This document shows, piece after piece, positions 1 through 10,308 of a stretch of 32,867 nucleotides of DNA (position 1 is its first letter; every line of letters starts with the position of its first letter). Made by a program: the position numbers and the translations under genes. Origin of the DNA: Octopus bimaculoides (taxonomy: Eukaryota); assembly GCF_001194135.2 (NCBI RefSeq), contig NC_068989.1:24377846-24410712 (forward strand), read 5' to 3'. The notes under the pieces are model-generated. The model worked only from the letters and a program-made list of their open reading frames with translations, was not told the origin of the DNA and ran no database searches.

Positions 1-477
1 ATGTATATGTGTTGATTACAAGATAGGATTGAATCCCAATATTGTTCTGATTCTTATCCTACACCTAGTGTTGAGATGGTATTACACAAGTAGGAAGCTA
101 TGAAGTATTTTAAACATGTTTAAGTGGGGATAAATATTACCAAAAGTTAATTTGGTTAACACATACCATGAAATTGAAATATCCAACGAGGCCCAGGAAA
201 TAATGACTGTTAGTACTCCACATGGATTATTAAAGTGGACAAATTTACTATAAGGTACAAAAGCAACAAGTGCTATCTCTCAACAAGTTTGGAGAATGTA
301 TTGGTAGACATTACAGGTATAATTACTTACACACACATAAATACACACACATAAATGTGAATGTAGGCAAGATCAAGTGGTTAAGAAGTCCATTTTGCAA
401 TTATAGGATCACAGATTCATCTTAGTCCATGACATCTTGGAGACAAGTTTAGTAACTAAACTTTTAGTTATGTAGAG

Positions 478-774
478 CAGGGGTTTTCAAACTGTGGTCC
501 GCGGACCACAGGGGATCCGCAGGGACAAGACAGGGGGTCCGTAGACAGCAAATGCTTTTTATGGGTAATTTGATTTTATATATGTTTTTTAATCAAAATC
601 TTTTAATTGACAATAAACCTATTTGTTAAATACTGTTAAATAAATAAATGTAAAAATATATGTTATTTTAAGCAAATATTTATGTATAAATTTCATAAGC
701 GTTTATAAGGGGGTCCCTAAGGTAAAGCCTGAAATATAAAAGGGTCCGCAAGTCAAAAAGTTTGAAAACCCCTG
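478..774. mobile_element. hAT (Charlie-like) non-autonomous DNA transposon / MITE
   Basis: Perfect 16-bp TIRs CAGGGGTTTTCAAACT (478-493) and AGTTTGAAAACCCCTG (759-774). Perfect 8-bp TSD ATGTAGAG at 470-477 and 775-782. AT-rich non-coding interior. Confidence 0.93.
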
Positions 775-924
775 ATGTAGAGTATAATTTGTGTGTATTA
801 TCACCACCATGTTAATGTCTACTATTCCATGCTTTCATGCTTCAGACAAAATTTGTTGAGGCTGATTTGCTATGCCCTACAGACACTCATTTACAACTAC
901 CATGTATATCAAAACAAAGAAACA

Positions 925-1272
925 CAAACACACACACGACAAGCTTCTTTCAGGTTAGGTCTACCAGATCTATTCACAAGGCTTTGGTTGACCTAGGCAG
1001 GGTTATAGTAGAAGACACTTGCTTAGGATGCCACACAGTGGGCAGATAGACTGAATCAGGAACTTTTCAAGCACACAGCCACATCTATGTGTGTGTGTCC
1101 ATCCACATGTCACCATTGTTGAAGCTGTTTAGCATGCAAGAACCAGTGGAATGAAGTACCTTATTTGAAAACATGAGTTGGTATCAGGAAGGCGTCTGGT
1201 TACAGAATACTGCCTCATGAACTCTTGTCTAATCCATGCCAGCATGGGAAAAGTGAACATAAAAGCATGATA
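925..1272. mobile_element. Decayed, rearranged SINE (family B): head on minus strand, RTE-like tail on plus strand
   Basis: About 925-1082 is the reverse complement of the 19357 SINE head (aagacacttgc, acaaggctttggt, cacacagccac). About 1190-1272 resembles the ccatgccagcatgg tail. Confidence 0.55.
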
Positions 1273-1444
1273 TGGTGTGTGAGGAGAATTAAATACCTCT
1301 AACTTAATATTCCTGCAAGCGAGAATTCATTATTATTATTATTATTATTACTAGCTGATGTACCCAGTAATCCCCAGAAAAGCAGGCTTGTCCCTTGGTG
1401 CCATTCTCCTAATTGTTTCACTAATCCAATAACTGTTGCTACAT

Positions 1445-2005
1445 ACTGAGTTCAAATTCCACCTTTCATCTTTTTGGGGTCGATAAATTAAGAACCAGTG
1501 AAACACTGGGGTCGATGTAATCGACTAGTCCCCTCCTGCCAAATTTCAGGCCTCGTGCCTTTAGTAGAAAGGGTTATTATTATTAAGGCAGTAAGCTGGC
1601 TGAATCATTAGCATGCCGGGTGAAATGATTAGCGGTATTTCATCCGTCTTTATATTCTGAGTTCAAATGCTGCCAAGGTCAACTTTGTCTTTCTTCCTTT
1701 CAATAAATTAAATACCAGTGAAACACTAGGGCTGATGTAATCGATTAGTCCCTTCCCCAATAAATTTCAGGCCTTGTGCCTTTAATAGAAAGGATTATTA
1801 AGGTGGCAGATTGGCAGACTCATTAGAATGTCAGATAAAATGTTTAGCAGCATATCTTCAGGCTTTATATTCTGAGTTCAAACTCTGCTAAGGTTGATTT
1901 TGCCTTTTATCCTTTTGGGGTTGACAAAATAAGCACCATTTGAACACTGGGCTCAATGTAATCAAATTATCCCTCCTCTAGAATTGCTGACCTTGTGCCA
2001 AAATT
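1445..2005 (+). mobile_element. Three head-to-tail copies of tRNA-derived SINE family A
   Basis: Units at ~1445-1584 (5'-truncated), ~1585-1800 and ~1801-2005. They share the B-box-like TGAGTTCAAAT, CTTTCATCCTTTCGGGGTCGATAAA..AGTACCAG and CACTGGGGTCGATGTAATCGAC. Confidence 0.85.
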
Positions 2006-2814
2006 GTGGTTGAAATCTAACTGGAATTATTTTGGATCCATCCCCACCAGTAAGTGTAGGTATCAATAAAATAACTACCAGCAAAACAATATGTTGTCAT
2101 TTAATGGATAGTTACAAATTTAAAAAAAGTAAAATGAATATAATTGATTGCTAACAAAGACCCAAGATCACAAATGTGGGAAGAGGGAGAGACCAGTTGG
2201 TTATACTGACCCTAGTACATGACTACTCTACCAAACAATATAAGTGATAACTAATAGCAACTGGTAAAGAAAACTATTTTATCTATGATCCAGTAAAAAA
2301 GTCAATATTACATGTTGAGGAAAATGTTAAAGCATAGAGATTAATATAGAAACGGTAACCAGTGGACACTCGTAGAGAGAACTATTTTATCAAAACAGTA
2401 TATGAATGGTAACCAATGGCAACTGGTGGAAATAACTACTCTACTAAAGCACAATAAAAACAGTAGCCAAAGATAACTCGTAGATACAAACGATTTTATC
2501 AAGACATGATATAAACAGTAGCAAACGGGTGGCAGAAATGTCATGCCAACCAAAAACTTACCACAGTTCCATATAATTGTATTTTCATTGATCCTGAAGG
2601 GTCTCGTGAAATCAACTGGAAAACAAGTAAACATGGATTACTGGACAGTAATAATGACAATGGAAAGGCATCGAAGAAATATCAACGGAGATAAAAATCA
2701 AGGACATGAAAGGTCAAAATTATGCTCCTGTAAAAAGGTCAATATTACATATTAACAGAAATGTCAAAGCATACAGATGATCAATAAAATATTGGTGATT
2801 GGAAGTCATATATT

Positions 2815-2934
2815 CATCATCATCATTTAGTATCTGCTTTCCATGCTGGCATGGGTTAGATGATTTGACTAAAACTGGTAAGATGGAGAGCTGCACCAGA
2901 TTCCAATCTGATTTAGCATGATTTCTATGACTGG

Positions 2935-2935
<1 letters not shown>
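2815..2935 (-). mobile_element. RTE LINE 3' tail fragment
   Basis: (CAT)n followed by ttccatgctggcatgggtt, the reverse complement of the tail at 10260-10308. Confidence 0.75.
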
Positions 2936-2980
<45 letters not shown>

Positions 2981-2989
2981 AAAAAAACA

Positions 2990-3170
2990 ATAACAAAAAA
3001 ACAACAAAGTGAGGACGTGATATGGATAGTATTATTGGACGCTCATGAAAGGAAAGAGAGAGTGTATGACGTTTCAGGCGTAGCCCTTCGTCGGAAAGAT
3101 GGAAAGTCCGGAGAATGGAAGAACGGAGAAAGAGGAAAACGGTACCGATGCCCACGAGGTTACAGAACCT
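2990..3170 (-). mobile_element. Penelope-like element terminal-repeat fragment with minimal hammerhead-like core
   Basis: The minus strand at 3094-3068 reads CCGACGA-A-GGGC-TAC-GCCT-GAAAC-GTC. It is a CpG-rich island within CpG-poor flanks. Confidence 0.5.
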
Positions 3171-3307
3171 ACAAGAATAGGTGCAAGCGCTAATATTTAT
3201 AAACATGCGACATATTAATAAACATCTGTAAATGTACAACCATTCAGATATCTGAGTACCTTATTATTTTTTCCAATATATAATTCCTGTACATCACCTC
3301 TAAACCT

Positions 3308-3341
<34 letters not shown>

Positions 3342-3343
<2 letters not shown>

Positions 3344-5341
3344 GATAGCCAAAAGGGAAGTTAGGAGACAGGTATATATAGCCAAGGAAGTAGCAGAAAA
3401 GAAGTTTGCCAAAGTTCAGCAACATGAAGACAAAAGAACTGAAGTATTTTGGATTGCAAGACAGTGTGTGAGAGAAAATTGTGATGTCACAGGAGAGAAA
3501 TGTGTCTGCGTAGATGATGGTGCACTTGCTTTTAATGATTCAACAAAGAAAGAGGCTTCGAGATGCCATTATGAAAGACTGCTGAATGTGGTGAATGAAT
3601 GGGAGGAAGAGAGTCTGCCAAAGGTTGACCCAATTGAGGGACCAGCTACTCGAATTGACAGTACCCTGGTAGATAAAGTAAATGAGGATATGAAGACAGG
3701 GAAAGCAACTGGCCCATCAGCAATCACTGCTGAGATGCTTAAGATATCGGGTTTGTCACCTGCATTGTAAATCAGGTAGTTCCTGAAGGAGTTATACCCA
3801 ATGACAGGTGTAGCAGGACCATAGTCAACTGCTACAAGGGTAAAGGTGATGCTTTAGATAGAAATAACTATGGGGTATCAAATTATTGGATCAGGTGATG
3901 AAAGTTACAGAGAGGGTCATAGTCCAACTAATTAGTGAAAGAGTTAGCCTAGATGAAATGCAGTTTGATTTTGTGCCAGGCAGAAGCACCACTGCAGCTA
4001 TATTTCTTGTAAGGCAACTGCACCACTGAAGCTATATTATCTTGTAAGATAAACCTCTGTACTTGGCTTTTGTTGACTTGGAGAAAGCCTTTAACTGGGT
4101 GCCCCAATCACTTATCTGGTAGTCAATGCAGAAACTGGAGATAGACGAGTGGTTGGCAAGAGCTGTACAGGGACACTGTCAGTAAAGTGAGGGTTGGCAA
4201 CAAGTATAGTGAAGAATTCTGAGTGGAAGTAGGGGTTCACCAAGGATCAGTCGTCAGCACCATCTTATTCATTACAGCCCTCCAGGCAATAACAGGAATT
4301 CAAAACAGGCTGCACCTAGGAGCTTCTCTATGCTGATGACTTTGCTCTAATAGCTGAGTCACTGCCAGAATTAGAGAAAATTTAGGGTGTGGAAGCAAGG
4401 TCTAAAATTCAAGGGACTTAGGGTTAACCTAGCAAGAACCAAAGTCTTAGTAAATAGGAAGGCTGTCAAATCACAAACCCCTTCAGGTAGATGGCCCTGC
4501 TCGATCTGTAGAAAAGGCATGGGTAGAAACTCCATACGATGCACCCAGTATAAGCTATGGACACATGAGAGGTGCAGCAATATCAAAGGAAAGTTAACCG
4601 AGAAAATTGTATTTGTGTGTGGCAGATGCATAGGGGTAATAAGCACTGACGATGTACAGAAAACAAATTCCATCACAAGCCAGGGGGAAAAAAACCATAA
4701 GTAGTTGATAGCTCCTGCTACCTTGGCGACCAAGTCTGTAGTGGAGGTGGTTGCTCTGAGAGTGTAGTGGCTAGAATAAGAATAGCAAGGGCAAAATTCA
4801 GGGAGCTCCTACCTCTGCTGGTAACTAGGGGCCTCTGGCAGTGAAACATAGACCATTGACTGCTGAGGACATGCATAGGCTTGAAAGAAATGAAGTTAGT
4901 ATGATCCACTGAATGTGTAATGTCAGTGTGCATACATGACAGGGTGTAAGTGTCCTGAGAGAATAGTTGGGCACAAGAAGCAAGGAATGGGGGGGGGGCA
5001 AGAGAGACGACTGGGCTGGTATGGTCATGTATTACTTATGGATGAGGACAGCTGTGTGAGGAAGTGCCACTCCCTAACAGTGGAAGGAACCTGAGGAAGA
5101 GGTAGACCCAGGAAGATATGGGATGAGGTGGTGAAGCATAACCTTTGAACAAGGGCCTCACAGAGGCAATGATAGGAGACCAAAACCTTAGGAGATATGC
5201 TGTGATTGAGAAGACCTGGCAACTAAAGTGAGATCACAGCCATGTATGTCCAGGTAAGAGTATCACTGATGTGTCAGGCGATATGATATGCTTGAGAAAA
5301 CCTGTTGAGTGAAGTAAAACCAATATCATAGCTGCAGCCAG
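3342..5341 (+). mobile_element. RTE-clade LINE copy A (5'- and 3'-truncated, inactivated)
   Basis: Broken ORF2 with RT motifs ([39 protein letters not shown]), the Cys/His finger and GRGRPRKIWDEVVK. Multiple stops and frameshifts. The 3' UTR at 5240-5341 is complementary to 22838-22940. Confidence 0.92.
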
Positions 5342-6092
5342 TATGTATGTATGTATGTGTATATGTGTGTGTGTATATATATATATATATAACTCTCCAC
5401 AAAAAATCCCAAATTTTATTTAATTTGCTTTGCGGGGAGGACTGTTTTAACGAAGTTGCATCTTGTCCCTACCTTTGAAACGCGGAGTAGATAAAACAGG
5501 GGACAACTGATGAAGGGAATGTTCTTTATGTTGCATGTCTTGTTTCTCTATTTGTTTCTTTCGTTAATCGAAAAAAAGTTCATTTTCTATTTTTATGTTC
5601 TCGTTTTTCTTTTTGTTCAGGTTTTTTTTATGTCCTGTACCCATATATGCATGTAAATATACATATATATGTAGGTATGCACATATATGTATTCTCTTTT
5701 TTATGTATATGTATATGTATACATATATGTATACGTATGTATATATGCATATATTTATATTTTATTTATATTATTATGTTTTAACGCTACCCACCCATTT
5801 CCAAGTAAGTTTTATCTTAATAATTACGATGTGCACTCTTATTCTATATCTATTCTTTCTATCTATCTCCCTCCCTCCCTCTTCTTCCTATCTGTTTAAG
5901 TTGGGATTATTAAGCTAATCAAGTTCTTTATTTCAAACCAAACTAAATAAAATGACGTCAAATTTGGGCAGAATCAGTGTTGCAACTGGGGCGCATGGGT
6001 TGGGAGTTTGATCAGCAGAGGTGATCAGGTTACACATGCCATCCTTTTGAAAACACCACCGCCATCATCTAACCCCTCTTTGCCCATGGGTT

Positions 6093-6668
6093 AGGAACAT
6101 CTGCCACAAACAAAAACTAACTTCCTATATGACGGCCATTGCCAGTACCGCCTGACTGGCCTTCGTGCCGATGGCACATAAAAGCACCCACTACACTCTC
6201 TGAGTGGTTGGTGTTTAGGAAGGGCATCCAGCCGTAGAAACTCTGCCAAATGCTGTGCATGAGAAAACCCGGTAGCCAAGTGAGACCGAAATCTAAGGCC
6301 TCAGCCAGTCCACTTATGCGTACCTTCCTTCATTGGACACCAAACTCCACTTGCGAAGACCTATTGAGGCAAGTGAAATCGAAATCAAGTTAAATTGGAC
6401 ACTAAACTCCACTTCCGAAGACCTGTCAGGTGTCATACAGTCTGCCTTTTACTTTGAGTGAGAGGCCCCTTGTCACCAGCAGAGGTAAGAGCTCTCTGAA
6501 CTTTGCCCAGGCTATTCTTATTCTAGCAGCTACACTTTCAGCACACCCTCCTCCACTACTAACTTGGTCACACAGATAGCGGAAGCTATCAACTACGTCT
6601 AGTTTTTCTCCCGGGAATGTGGCAGAAGTTGTTTTATGCACATTTACAGTGTTTATAGCTCCTAAACA
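6093..6668. mobile_element. Scrambled RTE LINE fragments in alternating orientation
   Basis: Minus RKLVFVCGRCS (~6098-6128), plus distal 3'UTR (~6131-6251), plus ORF end and proximal 3'UTR (~6252-6426), minus GAINT...VDSFRYL...[16 protein letters not shown] (6427-6668). Confidence 0.85.
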
Positions 6669-6767
6669 TCTATATATACGATATATATTATACAATATAT
6701 ATAATATGATATATATATATATATATACGACATATGATGATATATAATAATAAATGATATATATACA

Positions 6768-7310
6768 ATGTCATCACATTCATTCTTTTATTAAAGTTTA
6801 TCACACAGTCACTTATTTCTCTAATTGTCTTAGATTAGCTGACCAAAAACTCTCAGATTTTTCAATTCTATTTTACTATTATCAACATTTGCTGTCTCGT
6901 TCAATTTTGCTACCCAAATTCCAAAAGAATATTTTTCTCCTTCGTGTTCTGATCACTAACCCCTTTCTCTCACTCTCTTTGCCTTACTCTGTCTCTCTCT
7001 TTGCCTTACTCTGTCTCTCTCTCTGCCTTACTCTGTCTCTCTCACTTTCTCTTTCGATTACTACTTGCTTCGCCAGGACTTACTCCACCAGCACCACCAC
7101 CCTATATAAACTAATGCACGCTCTCAGATTCCCCAACTCGATTTTAAATACCTCTGCCAAAGAAATACGAATCTCGGAAGATGCTCAGATAAGAAGTTTG
7201 ACTTTACAACCTCGTTCATCTACTCTTCACTATTCTGTCTATTTTATTACCATGTCATCACATTCATTCATTCATTCATTCATTTATTAAAGTTTATCAC
7301 ACAGTGACTT
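6768..7310. repeat. About 540-bp unit bounded by direct repeats
   Basis: ATGTCATCACATTCATT...TTATTAAAGTTTATCACACAGT(C/G)ACTT at 6768-6814 and 7252-7310. Internal 3x ~23-bp repeat (ctttgccttactctgtctct) at ~6976-7042. Confidence 0.7.
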
Positions 7311-10308
7311 AGTGACTTCAGGATCAGGGCTAAGTGGTTGCCCAGAAGACGACCAGCATGGATGAGAAGGGTCTGGAAGCTTAAAGATCCTGCGAATGGA
7401 CAGAGATTTAGAGNNNNNNNNNNGAAGGGTCTGGAAGCTTAAAGATCCTGCGAATGGACAGAGATTTAGAGACATATTACTCGAAGTCTTTGATGAAATA
7501 GAAGGGGATGTAGCTTCACACGATGTAGAAGGTAACTGGAGGTTTCTACGGGACAACCTGCTGAGGGCCACTGACCAGATCTGTGGATAGTGCAAAGTCC
7601 CCTCTCGACCCAAAATAACGTGGTGGTGGAACAATGTTGTTCACAGGGCTATTAGAAAAAAGAAACAGGCTTGGAAGAACGGTGATAGCAGGGAATTGTA
7701 TCAGACTGCCAGAAGGGAAGCTAGGAGACAGGTTTATTTAGCCAGAGGGGAAGCAGATAAGAAAAAATTTGCCAATGTTCTGCACTGTGAGGACCAAAGA
7801 CTTCAGGTATTTCGTGTTGCAAGACAGTGTGTGAGAGAGAATCGTGATGTCGTAGGAGAGAGATGTGTCCGCATGGATGATGGTTCACTTGCACTAAACA
7901 AGGCTGCAAAGAGAGGTTTGGAGATGTCACTATGAAAGGTTGCTCAATAAAGAAAATGAATAGGAGAAAGAGAGTCTGCTGAATGTCTACCCAACAGAGG
8001 GACCAGCTATCCGAGCTGACAGTACCTTGGTAGATAAAGCAATTAAGAGTATGAGAACAGGGAAAGCCCACAGCCCATCAGGAAGCACTGCAGAGATGCT
8101 CAAAATATCTGGCAGTGTCAGCTATAGCCTAGTCACCCGTATAGTTAACCAGGTGATACACAAAGGAGTCATACCCAATGACTGGTGAAGCAGCACCATA
8201 GTCAACTGCTACAAAGGTAAAGGTGACGCTTTACATACAAATAATTACAGAGGTATCAAGTTGTTGGATCAGGTAATGAAAGTCACGGAGAGAGTCAGTT
8301 TAGATGAGATGCAGTTTGGGTTCGTGCCAGGGAAAAACACCACTGATGCTATATTTCTGGTAAGACAGCTTCAGGAGAAATACCTAGCCAAAGATAAACC
8401 TCTGTACCTGGCTTTCGTTGACATGGAGAAAGCCTTTGACTGGGTCCCCCGATCCCTTATCTGGTGGTTAATGAGGAAACTAGGGATAGATGAATGGTTA
8501 GTGAGAGCTGTGCAAGCCATGTACAGGGACACTGTCAGTAAGGTGAGGGTCAACAGCAAGTACAGTGAAGAATTCCGGGTACAGGTAGGGGTTCACCAAG
8601 GTTCAGTACTCAGCCCCTCCTATTTTTCATAGTCCTCCAGGCGATAACACAGGAATTCAAGACAGGATGCCTCTAGGAGCTCCTCTATGCTCATGTCCTT
8701 GCTCTAATTGCTGAGTCACTATCAGAACTAGAGGAGAAGTTTCAAGTGTAGAAGCAAGGATTAGAATCGAAGGGCCTTAGAGTCTACCTAGCTAAAACCA
8801 GTCCTAATAAGTAGGAAGGTAGACAAACCACAAACACTTCAGGTAAATGGCCCTGCTCGATCTGTAGAAAAGGCGTAGGTAGAAACTCTATAAGATGTAC
8901 CCAGTGTAAGCTATAGACACATAAGAGGTGCAGCAATATCAAAGGAAGGCTAACTAGGAAGAAGTTTTTGTTTGTGGCAGATGCTCAGGCACAATAAACA
9001 CTGAAAATATGCAGAAAAGAACCTTGGCCACATTCCAGGGAGAAAACGTAGACTTAGTTGATAGCTTCCCATACCTAGGTGACCAGGTCAGTAGCAGGGG
9101 AGGGTGCACTGAAAGTGTAGCTGCTAGAATAAGAATAGCTTGGGCAAAGTTCAGAGAACTCTTACCTCTGCTGGTGACAAAGGGCCTCTCGCTCAGAGTA
9201 AAAGGCAGACTGTATGATGCATGTGTACAAACAGCCATGCTACATAGCAGTGAAACATGAGTCGTGACTGCTGAGGACATGCCTAAGCTCACAAGGAATG
9301 AAGCCAGTATGCTCTGATGAATGTGTAATGTCAGTGTGCATACTCAACAGAGTGTAAGTACCTTGAGAGAAAAGTTGGACCTAAGAAGCATCAGTTGTGG
9401 TGTGCAAGAGAGACAATTGCGCTGGTATGGTCATTTGGCAAGAATGGATGAGGAAAGCTGTGTGAAAAAGTGCCACACCCTAGCGGTTGAGGGAACCTGT
9501 GGAAGAGGTAGACCCAGGAAGACCTGGGATGAGGTGGTAAAACACGACTTTCAAACATCAGGCCTCACTGAGGCAATGACTAGTGACAGACACTTTTGGA
9601 AATATGCTGTGCATGAGAAGACCCGGCAAGCCAAGTGAGACCATAACCCGTGGCCTTTGCCAGAGGTGTAGCTAGCCCACTGATGTGTACCTTTCCTTCA
9701 TTGGACACTAAACTCTGCTTGCGAAGACCTGTTGAGGCAAGTGAAATCGAACCAAATTCGATCACTGGCACCTGTGCCAACCTTTCCTTCATTGGACACT
9801 AAACTCTGCTTGCGAAGAACCATTGGGGCAAGTGAAATCGAAATCAAACCAAATTCGATGACAGGCACCCATGCCAGAGGAACACTAACAGCACCATCTA
9901 AGTGTGATCAGTGCCAGAGCAGCTGTCTGGCTTCCATGCCGGTAAAAAGCACCATTTGAGCGTGATCGTTACCAGCGTCGCCTTACTGGCACTTGTGCCA
10001 GCGGCACGTGAAAAGACATCCGAGTGAGGTCGTTGCCAGTGCCGCTGGACTGGCTCCTGTGAAGGTGGCACGTAAAAAACAACTTTTCAGCATGGCCGTT
10101 GCCAGTACCGCCTGACTGGCCCTCGTGCCAGTGGCATGTAAAAGCACCCACTACACTCTCGGAGTGGTTGGCGTTAGGAAGGGTATCCAGCTGTAGAAAC
10201 TATGCCAAATCAGATTGGAGCCTGGTGTAGCCATCTGGTTTGCCAGTCCTCAGTCAAATCGTCCAACCCATGCTAGCATGGAAAGTGGACATTAAACAAT
10301 GATGATGA
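7309..10308 (+). mobile_element. RTE-clade LINE copy B (5'-truncated, complete 3' UTR, GAT tail)
   Basis: SDFRIR...[50 protein letters not shown], Cys/His finger, VDSFPYLG, RWYGH, GRPRKTW. The 3' UTR ends aacaatgatgatgat. Many stop codons. Confidence 0.95.
7414..7423. other. Assembly gap (10 N) with duplicated flanks
   Basis: The 48 nt at 7366-7413 are repeated exactly at 7424-7471. Confidence 0.9.

Noticed and set aside
167-206. Next PCCA exon (SLFPGPRWIFQFHG)
   Set aside because: The polypyrimidine tract is poor, similarity is weak, and the length and end phase differ from the expected ~54-nt phase-0 exon. Not called.
1345-1380. Helitron 3' end (minus ...CAGCTAG|T next to a (TAA)n run)
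   Set aside because: No convincing subterminal hairpin or 5' TC end is identifiable.
5455-5535. Type III hammerhead-like fold (AUC, stem TTGTCCC/GGGACAA, CTGATGA at 5507-5513)
   Set aside because: The required GAA(A) after stem II is TTT(A), and the only GAAAC lies inside loop I. The core is incomplete, so this is probably just part of an interspersed repeat.
7050-7080. Minus-strand CTGGCGA...CGAAAG hammerhead-like core
   Set aside because: There is an A6-to-G change and no credible stem II or III pairing.
7366-7471. 48-bp tandem duplication in LINE copy B
   Set aside because: An exact duplicate flanking a 10-N gap is the signature of unmerged contig overlap, not biology.
3342-10308. Active, autonomous retrotransposon
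   Set aside because: All copies lack the endonuclease N-terminus and carry many stops and frameshifts. YADD is mutated in B (YAHV) and C (YAGD).
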